Shown here: positions 55,801-64,000 of the stretch, in pieces
Numbering within the stretch: the first letter of the stretch is position 1
Layout: the number at the start of each line of letters is the position of its first letter
Origin: Macrostomum lignano
Taxonomy: Eukaryota
DNA length: 64,000 bases
Reading direction: 5' to 3'
Assembly: GCA_002269645.1 (NCBI GenBank)
Contig: NIVC01003779.1
Coordinates: 1 to 64,000 of the forward strand
Position numbers and translations under genes: made by a program
Notes under the pieces: model-generated
What the model was told of the DNA's origin: nothing
Databases searched by the model: none
What the model saw: the letters and a program-made list of their open reading frames with translations, nothing else

Positions 55801-58800
55801 GCTAATCCGGCTGTTAATCCTGCTGCTAATTCCGCTGTTAATCCTGCTGTTAATCCTGCTGTTAATACCGCTGTTAATCCTGCTGCTAATCCTGCTGTTA
55901 ATCCTGCTGCTAATTCCGCAGTTCAAGCAAGCATAAAATTGCACCTCTTCGCCGTAAATTCCAGTCTTCTTGCCAAGCTGCATCACTTCGCTCCACTTGA
56001 GCAGACTGTTCGAGCTCCGGTTGCTGAAGGATGAAAAATGTGTGCTTTTCATTCGGAGGACATGACGGTCAGAAATAGCACTCGCCAATTAGCCACTTAC
56101 CTGATAATCGCCTTCTCAAAGTTAAGCCAAGCCTCTGGCACGTGCTCGCCAATGTATGGCTGGCTCAGTGTTGTCTCCAGAATCTGCTTGAGCAGCTGCT
56201 CAACTCCCTGTTAATAAGCGGATTAAGTCGCGAATTTGAAAGAATCGAATTTCGCGTATTTTGTCCACAACTATCTAATTGCCCGAGGTCAGTTTTCGTT
56301 CGCCGACTCTCGAAAGACTTTGAACTCCTGAGCTATCGCTCTGGGGCGTCTGTCTGGGCCTGTCCGCTCCCCTGCCCTCCCGGCGGACCCCGCGATTGCC
56401 CCCCCCCCCGAAACCCGAGCGGCACATTTGCAATTCCGCCGCGCAAATATTTGCCTTCATCAAAGAGCCGATTACAATCTCGCTGCCTCCGGGGATTCAG
56501 AGGAGAGTTTCTCTCTCTTTCTCTCTCTCTCTCTCTGAGTCGGTCCGGCTCAAATCTTCATCGCCAGCTCCAGTTTTATCCTCACAACGACTGTCTGGGC
56601 CGTAGCGAGAAAGTAGGAATTACTGACGGAGATCTGGCGCCCAGCGACTCGACTCGTCGTTTGAGCGTTTTTACTCGAGTCTGCGCCGATGTTTTATTCA
56701 TGAGGGGACAATCGGGGACACTTTGACGGAATTCGCGGCCCAGCTGGCTTGAGCGACTGTCCTTCGCCGCGCCGCGTGTGATGAGAGCGGGGAGGGCCCC
56801 CCATCAGTCGCTCAGACAGAAAAAGAAAAATTTGATGGGTTGGCCACGACTGCGATAGTGCGGCCGGGCCGAAGGTACAACTGAGTGCAAATATAGTCTC
56901 CGGGCTGCCTGCTTAGTGGCAACTTTATTGATGTCACGGTGGAAGCTCTTCATTCACTTTCCTCTCTCTCCCTCTCCTTCCCTCTCCTCTCCCCCTCTCC
57001 CCGTCTCCCTCCCGGTCATCCTCACTCTTCCCCTTCCTCCCGCTCTCCTCCCAATCGGACTCTTAGTTTTCGATACATATCGGAGATTGACCGAGTTGCA
57101 CCCGGCCCAGTTAGACGCGAATTCAAGCGCTCAGCAACCGCGTACAATCCAAGCTAGAGGTCTGCTTGCAGTAGAAGTTTATTGCGCTTGAAACTTTCTT
57201 TCTTTCCTCAAATGTCATTTTTTTCGTGTCTTTTTTCAGACATTTTTTCAGCGGATTTTCAATGTTGGAAATGAATGTGAGAATATCTTAAGTCCTGTTC
57301 ACCTGTGAGCAGAAACTGAGAACTGGATGCGCAGCAGCTTGGCTGAAGTAAACCAGATTGATGTTTTTAATAAAACGCAACTTGGGGGGGGGGGGTTGGC
57401 TCTCGTGCTAAAGTTAAATTTAGACTCTGCTCGAGGAGGCCGATTTGGCTTTTTCTAGGCCAGAAGAAGCAGGCAGAAGCTGTTGAAGGCAGAGCTGATC
57501 GCTCAATATTGCTACAATCTTGGCCTGTCTGCTTCTTTTAGCCAGTCCAAGCAAGCAGGGAGCAATCAGCAGCCTCCTCAGGCATTTGATGGCCTCTCTC
57601 AGCCGCTTTGAACCCACTAAAGTATCCATGCACTGCCCCTAATCTCTCTCATTACTGTCTGATCCATCTATTCCATCTGGTCTCTCTCTAATCCACCTAA
57701 TCTCGTTACAATCCACCGAATCTCTCTCTAATTCATCCATCTAATCTCTCTTTAATCCATCTAATCTCGTTCTAATCCGCCGAATCTCTCTCTAATCCAC
57801 CGAATCTCTCTATCTCTCATCCGTCTAATCTTTCTCGAATTCGCCGAATCTCTCTCTCTATCTCTCTCTAATCCATCTGATCTCGTTCTAATCGGCCGAA
57901 TCTCTCCATCTCTCATCCATATAATCTCTTTCTAATCCACCGAATCTCTCTCTCGTCCATTTAATCTCTCTCTAGTCAATCTAATCTCTCTCATTATTTT
58001 CTCATCTATCCAATCCATCTAACCCCGCTCTAATCTATCTAATCTCTCTCTTATTTATCTAATCTCTCCCTAATCCACCTAATCTCTCTCTAATCCATAT
58101 AATCTCTCTCTAATCCATATAATCTCTTAGATCCACTTACCAGAGCAATCTCTCTAATCCTAATCTCTCTGATAACGTCACTGACACTACTGACTGGCGT
58201 ACGCTCGTAAACTCCAGTAGACTGCAGCCTCCTGATGAGGGAAAATGTAAACTGGAATTCGCGGAATTGGATTTGTAAAATAATGCTTCTTGTCTTGCCT
58301 GCAATTTAATTAAATGCAGAACCTGCTTCCGCTGATTAAACGGCTGTAGAGAATGGAGAGGATCAGCAGATTTCTCAACAAATTTCTCGCGCAACTCTCA
58401 TAATAAATCCCATTGAAAATGAACCCATATTTCAAATTTGTTGAAGCTGTCAATTCTGTGAAAGTCGACTCCGGAGCTCTGCATCAATTTTTGTTTTTTT
58501 TGCTTTTCAACACGGTTTGAAGGCAGCCGATCGTTTTTATTAATGCTTTTGTTTTGCTAAGCTAGAAAGTTTTTTGCGCTACATATCGGGAACTTTCGTC
58601 TACAGAGACCTGACTGAAAACACCAGTCTTCACCATCAGGCATATGGTGATGAGGTAAATGCTAATTATGAAGGTATTTTGACGAGACAGGCTTCTCATA
58701 GTTTTTCGAGATTTAAATTTTCTACCTGTCCCAGGAGAAATGAGCCTTTTGTTTCTGTCGTTGCCATTAGCATCGAGAAGCCATAACTGTCCAGCGCTAA

Positions 58801-61800
58801 ACCCGAGGGACAAGAGGCCGTAACATTTCAAAGTTATGGAAATTGATTTGAGGATCCTAATTAAGTTGAAAATTGACTTGGTGAGATAAAAGATTCTAGT
58901 TTTTTTACAACATCCAATGTTGGAATCCTACAGAGTAAAGGCAGGTTGGGCCATAGACAGCACGCAAGTTTGGATGTCCGATTTCGGGCTGGCTGGATTT
59001 CTCTCTGTTAGAAATTTGCCATAAATTTTACATCAGCAATGACACCAGCCATACTTGCTTTATCTGCAAATTGGAAAGTCCAAAAAGGCAAAATATTGTC
59101 AATTTGAGGCTAAAATCAGATAAATTCATACCTATATTCAATTCATTTAGCTGATGTGCTTTGCGGAATATCACCAAATTATTCTCGTGAAATATTGTTG
59201 AATACCGGCTGGCGCTAACATTTCTAAACAGACCTCCTCTCGACTCGCAAATCAAATAGCACGATCACACGCCTTGCAGTGGCCTTCAATCAGATATGAT
59301 GCATTAGCCCGATCCCCCTCCCTGCAGGCTCTCAAGTTGCGCCTCGGGTAACCAGATCCCGGTTCCCAGATCCCGGATCTTCGGAGTTCACGCAAATTCC
59401 ACATCTGTCTTAGAGTCTCCCTGAGAGCGACAAAGAAAATCTAAATGGGATTGCAGATTCGCTCAGCCCTTGAAACGCGGAATGATATGAGGAAATTCGC
59501 ATCCCCGATGCCTCCTTAATCTTCCATCCTAAGCGGATGGAGGCTGCGACTTCAAAGAGCCCAAAAGGCGACTCCCGCCCGCTAGTGCAGTGCTGGGTTA
59601 ATCCGCGTTATTAGCGGGAGTGGAGCCGCGGGCCGGCACTCCCCCCCCCTGCTGCGCCGCGAGAGTCGATGAGGAGCGGCCGCCAAGCAGGCAATCAATC
59701 AATCAAGTGCTTTTAATACAATGAGAAACCGGAGCGGAGCAGGGCGCAGGTCAGACAAGAACTATTTTTACATTCTCAGAGAAAGGGTATCGAAGACTGA
59801 ATTTAAAAAATCAATAGAAAGAAGTTTCAGGTAAGCCGAAGGTGAAAGCAAAACACTATTCTGTGCAATGCACCTGTTGCTTTACAGTATCAGGTTGTCA
59901 ATCACTTTCAACCCCGCGTCGCTTCAAAAATTCTTCTACGCGTAAAAAAGCACTTGGCATATACAGTACATTCTGACCTCCCAGTACAGTACATTCTGAC
60001 CTCCCAGTACAGTACATTCTGACCTCCCAGTACAGTACATTCTGACCTCCCAGTACAGTACATTCTGACCTCCCAGTACAGTAAATTCTGACCTCCCAGT
60101 ACAGTACATTCTGACCTCCCAGTATAGTACATTCTGACCTCCCAGTACAGTACATTCTGACCTCCCAGTACAGTAAATTCTGACCTCCCAGTACAGTACA
60201 TTCTGACCTCCCAGTACAGGACAATCTGACCCCCCAGTACAGGACAATCTGACCTCCCAGTACAGGACAATCTGACCTCCCAGTACAGGACAATCTGACC
60301 TCCCAGTACAGGACAATCTAACTTCCCACACGACGCTCTGACTTTTACCGGACTCGCAGACCTTCTCAGTGAATTCACAGGCTTTTTAGTAGTTCTCACT
60401 GGACGATCTGAAGCATTCAGTTTCCCTCACGCCTCACCTCTCCGCTCGCTGAGCTGACTGAGAAGAATCCCACAATTCCGGGATATTTATCCTTGAGATC
60501 CTGCACTGGCATGTCGAACTTCGCCACCTTGTCGCAGTGAGTCCCCACAACAAAGATTGGCACGCCGGGAGCGTGGCAGGAGATGCTGTTCATCCAGAAG
60601 TCCAGGCCAGCGTGCTCGAAGCCCAGCCGCATGTTCCACACCAGCAGGTACACGGCGCGGGCGGTCAGGAAGAACTGGTGCGTGTTGTAGTACAGCGTCT
60701 GGCCGGCGAAGTCCCACACGCTGAAGGTGACGGACTGGCCTGACCTGTTGATTGTCCATGTGCTGATGTCAATGCCATCCGTGATGGCCTCCAGGCGAAT
60801 TTGCGGCGCCTTGAAGTCCGGCGACATCAGGGCTCGCATGAGACTGACGGGGATCGGGGATGGGGCGGGAGCTTATGATCCTTGAGCACCGACTCTGATT
60901 CAGGAGGTTTGAAGCAGTAAAGTGACGATTTGACTGTGGGGGTTTGAAGCAGTGAAGTGACGATTTGACTCTGGGGGTTTGAAGCAGTGAAATGAAGATT
61001 GACTCTGGAGGTTTGAAGCAGTGAAGTGACGTTTTGACTCTGGGGGTTTGAAGCAGTGAAGTGACGATTTGACTCTGGAGGTTTGAAGCAGTGAAGTGAC
61101 GATTTGACTCTGGGGGTTTGAAGCAGTGAAGTGACGATTTGACTCTGGGGGTTTGAAGCAGTGAAGTGACGATTTGACTCTGGGGGTTTGAAGCAGTGAA
61201 GTGACGATTTGACTCTGGGGGTTTGAAGCAGTGAAGTGACGATTTGACTCTGGAGGTTTGAAGCAGTGAAGTGACGTTTTGACTCTGGAGGTTTGAAGCA
61301 GTGAAATGAAGATTTGACTCTGGAAGTTTGAAGCAGTGAAGTGACGCTTTGACACTGACTTGAAGAACTTAAGTGACGCTTTAGCTCCAATTTGGGCATG
61401 AAGCGTGAGGCTCTGACTCTCGCGTGAAGTTACTCGTACAAGCTTCAATAGACGGCAGTGCATTAGTCACAATTCATCAATTCATCAATGAACAATAGAT
61501 GTAACAATAGATTCCATTTCCAAAGCCGATTTATTAGTTTCTATTTTTAGAGACACCGAAACTTGCAATCCACTGCAAAGTGCAACGAGTAACCGTTTAG
61601 GCCAGTCTCACCTCGTCTTCCCGGCGCCGCCCAGGCCGACAAACATGAGCTTGGTGCGGTAGCAGGCCACGCTGCCGCTGGCCAGTCGGCGAAGGTAGGC
61701 GATGGTGGCCATCATGCCCTGCGCCAGGATCTCCTGGGGCGGCGTCTTCAGGTTCTCGCAACCCTGCATCGACAGCACTGAGGGTCGGGTACGTAGCGGG

Positions 61801-63381
61801 GAGTGCAGGTTTGCGATGTGGCTTGCCGCTTGTGTCTGCCTGACATCTATATCGTATCTATCTTATTCTATCTCATCTTGTCTACGTCTGTCCGGGGTCC
61901 AGGATGAATGCATTTATATCCTGTTTATTTGGCTTCAATTATACTTTATCTGCATCGCATTTATCTGCCCATGCACAGCACGCTTGTAAGTCCAGCCTTG
62001 AAAAGACTGGAAAAAACAATCAAACATGGCTTTTGAAATTGCAACTAGCTTGGCGCTCCTGCAGAAGCCAGATGCTCTGTGAAATCCTCATCTGTACTGT
62101 TTGCATTTATACGCTTCCCCCAGCACGCGATGTTATTTTATTGTTGCCGAGACGGCCCCGCCTCACTGCGCATCTCCCCGTCCATCTCTACTGTCGAAAG
62201 AGTGCATGACAACGCAGGCTCCTCAGCCACCATACCTTTTAGTTCCGGCAGGTTGCCCTGGACGCTCTCCAGGTAGAGATTGTTGTCCAGCACAAGGGTC
62301 CGGAGCTGCTTGAGGGCCGAGATCTCCTGCGGCACCCGCCGGATGCCCTGGTTGCTGAGCACCAGCGACTCCAAGCTGCGGCAGCCCAGCAGTTCCATCG
62401 GGAACTCGGCCTCACTCGGCCCGCCGCCGTCCTCAACGCACAGACGAGGCACCACGGCGAACAGCTCGGCTAGGAAGTTCTGCAGCTCCTGCGCCTGCAG
62501 GATTTTATCATTGTTAACGTCGTGTCGAGCGAACAGCTCCTCGCCGATGCCTTTCAGCGCCTTCTGCACCGCGAAGCCGTGGTTGCGGTACTCGGACCAG
62601 GCCTTGTAGGACATGATCAGCCCGGCGCCCAGGCCGCCGCCCCCGCCGCCCGGCTGCGCTGTGCCTGGCTGATCCGCCGGGCCCGCGGAGCCTCTCCGGA
62701 GCTGCCCTCGCCGCCGCCCTCGCCGCCACCATCGCCGCCGCCGCCGCCGCCACCGCCGCGACCGCCGCGACTTTTAGACATCTTGGGCAGCGGGACGCCG
62801 GACAAGTTGAGCTGCTTGAGCTTCTTTAGCCGGCCGAATCCGGCTGGCAGGCGCCGGATCAGCGTCTCCTTTAGCAGGAGGTTCGTGAGCGCCGACATGC
62901 GGCCAATCTCCTCCGGCAAGCGGTTCAGCTGCGTCCCGCTGGCGTCCAGCAGCGAAAGCGAAGGCAGGTCGCAGACGAAGGTGGGCAGGTAGCTAATGGG
63001 ATTGTAGCTCAAGTTGAGAAACTTTAAACGCTTCAGCCTGCTCAGGCTGGGGTCCAGCTTAGTGATGAAGTTTTCGTGCAACTGCAGATTGATGAGGCCC
63101 TCGGACATCTGGCTGAGCCAGCCGGTGTCGCGCATCTTGCACCGCGACAGCTCCAAGTTGGTGAGGTTGGCCGCCGAGAGCAAAGCGGCGTTGGGGAACG
63201 GCTGCGGCAGCACCTGGTTCTTGGCGCGAATATTGCGAAGGCAGTCCACGTGGCGGCCAAGATCATCTTGCGTCAGGACGGTCTTGGCCGCCGTGTGCGA
63301 GTCGCAGAGGTCGCGGCTGTGCGAATGTAGCATCTGGGCGATGCGCAGCCCGTTGCCGCTGGCGGATTCCGGACGAGCATC
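40848..63381 (-). CDS. ROCO-family GTPase: LRR-EF-hand-LRR-ROC-COR-TIR-TIR-C-terminal domain-CaaX (exons 63381-62236, 61777-61612, 60843-60438, 56207-56101, 56023-55945, 55519-55373, 53737-53379, 53282-53135, 53063-52946, 51401-51212, 50384-50051, 45896-45639, 45173-45063, 42930-42733, 42438-42331, 41762-40848; about 1596 aa in the window, 5' exons outside)
   Basis: Sixteen exons with GT-AG boundaries and consistent phases after one 1-bp insertion at about 62691. LRRs (LKRLKFLNLSYNPISYLP, LSLLDASGTQLNRLPEEI); P-loop KLMFVGLGGAGKTSL; G3 WDFAGQ, YYNTHQFFL; G4 VGTHCD. COR motifs: VPEAWLNFE, AVQFLHDMG, IINPQWL, VPCLLP, YLPAGLFNR. TIR DVFISYCW..WIDIERL..CLSDEYVASKNCQMEY. Ends KSRACQLL-stop. Confidence 0.88.
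41836..42318. repeat. 15-bp minisatellite (GACTGGGAAATGGTA), about 32 copies, in the last ROCO intron
   Basis: Periodicity of 15; the sense-strand unit CATTTCCCAGTCTAC resembles a 3' splice site. Confidence 0.95.
42955..44165. repeat. 21-bp minisatellite (CTCACTAGACTAGATACCAAT), about 55 copies, ROCO intron
   Basis: Periodicity of about 21, with occasional 26-bp variants. Confidence 0.95.
44535..44925. repeat. 13/30-bp composite array containing about 15 copies of CTCACCTG (sense CAG|GTGAG), ROCO intron
   Basis: TCTCACCTGTTCC units interleaved with CCTCCCTTCTCATTTCT. Confidence 0.9.
45286..45565. repeat. 20-bp minisatellite (TCACAGTGA[G/T]CTGCAGAGAT), about 14 copies, ROCO intron
   Basis: Periodicity of 20. 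Confidence 0.95.
45903..46710. repeat. 80-bp unit x5 (45903-46315) grading into 20-22-bp TGATGGGTTTTGAGGTGTG(TG) units, ROCO intron
   Basis: GAGGTGCGCGAT recurs at 45905, 45985, 46065, 46145, 46225 and 46305. Confidence 0.9.
47742..49013 (+). CDS. Intronless rhodopsin-like (class A) peptide GPCR, FMRFamide/srw-type, 423 aa, nested antisense in a ROCO intron
   Basis: Seven hydrophobic segments; N-glycosylated N-terminus (NGS, NDS); TM3 end IAGSRC (DRY position); CAPRLFEF; FIICELP (CWxP position); SADSFTNFIIY (NPxxY position). Strongly GC3-biased from ATG 47742. Confidence 0.9.
   Translation: MLAYVAVNGSCLNDSGSSEGPAGGAANVYLYIACVLSYLNALTNGFSLIVFILDKKNVIMGRLLLLLSLSETVLNIGFAVNLTVMLTVMADAGRQAFDSPLRPQMITCAFFLSFAIANAFIMVRNWSLVMIAGSRCEVVSNPFSTRRGQLFSHRRSQACYALTLILSLLVCAPRLFEFTWTICEYPAENNSTETTVYSLTTATHHILDKNPSYRHYKTLLVFPLQTIAPIFLISGLSLVIIFILRRRRLLQQNSGGSAGSGSGRGGGGASGSGSRSQDAATKTVMILMFSFIICELPTFLFFILNQTIFASMRGFNQIRMHTTFLANILLSADSFTNFIIYSSTSNTFRETVRRMLHLPDRRQGRSNNYNYYNNHLQNNNYSMLSREANALRRAEAAAAATAAPSHIEDAALAPLKWHPGGAD
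50808..51227. repeat. 47-bp minisatellite duplicating the ROCO exon end plus 5' splice site (9 units including the true donor)
   Basis: Sense unit GCCGGCTTATCTGT|GTGAGTATAGCAAGCGGCAGAGTTGAAGA; CTCAC starts at 50834, 50881, 50928, 50975, 51022, 51069, 51113, 51160 and 51207. Confidence 0.95.
51745..52640. repeat. 55-bp minisatellite (CAGCCCCAATGCTGAGTATCTGTGTGCACTGTGGACTGAGTGTCTGACGGTTGTC), about 16 copies, ROCO intron
   Basis: Periodicity of 55. Confidence 0.95.
53812..54065 (+). mobile_element. tRNA-derived SINE family B (CORE-like), copy in a ROCO intron
   Basis: A box TAGCCTAGAGG, B box GGTTCGATTCC, CORE-like block at 53891-53952; matches 17976-18240. Confidence 0.8.
54632..55280. repeat. 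30-bp minisatellite (CTCAACAGCTACTCGACTTTGTGCTCAAGG), about 21 copies, ROCO intron
   Basis: Periodicity of 30. Confidence 0.95.
55540..55915. repeat. 12-bp minisatellite (AATCCTGCTGTT/GCT), ROCO intron
   Basis: Periodicity of 12; nearly fills the 425-bp intron. Confidence 0.95.
57640..58165. repeat. Degenerate pyrimidine-rich satellite (TAATCTCTCTC / AATCCATC), ROCO intron
   Basis: Recurrent AATCTCTCT motifs. Confidence 0.75.
59960..60320. repeat. 23-bp minisatellite (TACATTCTGACCTCCCAGTACAG), about 15 copies, ROCO intron
   Basis: Periodicity of 23. Confidence 0.95.
60895..61380. repeat. 35-bp minisatellite (GTTTGAAGCAGTGAAGTGACGATTTGACTCTGGGG), about 14 copies, ROCO intron
   Basis: Periodicity of 35. 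Confidence 0.95.
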
Positions 63382-64000
63382 CTAGAGGGGTTTTCCACGG
63401 GCTTGCCACGGTTAATCCATAAGCTTTGATGGGATTTTATCGTTAGAAACGTAGGTATGGTTGGTTAAATTTTGGTTAAATATGCAGCAACTCTGCTTAC
63501 ATATCCATAATTTTTGTTCCTAAAGTATTGCAGTGTCATAGTCTCGCTTCATATTATCGCTTATAGTGTAATGATGTGTCAGTCATAGCGTCTTCGTTCC
63601 TGTCATCTCTGTCTGCTGCAGTGCATTTCTTCGTGTCTTAACTCAAGGAATTACGATTTTTTGTATTTCCTTCAGCGATAAAACAATGTATAGCACAACA
63701 TTACTTTTAGACGTCATTTTGTCCTCTGAGGAAGGAACGCGCTGCATAATATGCAACTTTCGACTGCTGGCAAGCAGTGCGTCTGACATTGGAGACCGCC
63801 ACCAACGGGATTAGTCATAACCCTTCATACCCTTCATACTCTTCTTAATGCATTGCTACACTCGTATCTGCCCACAATAGCATCTCAGCCCCGGCGAATC
63901 ACTTCCCCTATACAGGCCCACCTGCCACTTACCGCCCTGCCAGATCTGACCCTAGCAACCGGTCCAGTTTTGGCGCATAGGCTGCTCTCCTTGTAGCCGT

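Overview
Eukaryotic (animal) genomic DNA with GC3-rich spliceosomal exons and introns filled with different minisatellites. The style and the GPCR type suggest a free-living flatworm such as Macrostomum (inference, not proven). I assembled seven protein-coding genes by hand from GT-AG sites and codon phase: (1) a secreted Cys-rich protein, minus, running off the left edge, with two RFX X-boxes upstream; (2) a divergent 5-TM prominin-like protein; (3) a four-domain (A-B-A'-B') probably GPI-anchored Cys/helical protein; (4) HAD-family pseudouridine-5'-phosphatase PUDP/HDHD1; (5) a secreted or surface C-type-lectin + sushi-like + mucin mosaic protein; (6) a 16-exon ROCO GTPase, LRR-EFhand-LRR-ROC-COR-TIR-TIR-(CEH..CxxH)-CaaX, whose first TIR lacks and second TIR keeps the NADase-position glutamate; (7) an intronless class A peptide GPCR nested antisense in a ROCO intron. 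There are also two tRNA-derived SINE families (one with a MIR/CORE-like domain), a candidate MITE and about 27 tandem arrays. Several arrays are multimerised splice sites, and four unrelated arrays share CACAGTG. Recurrent 1-2 bp losses in homopolymer or dinucleotide runs in three genes look like long-read consensus errors rather than pseudogenisation. No CRISPR, rRNA or bona fide tRNA gene is supported.
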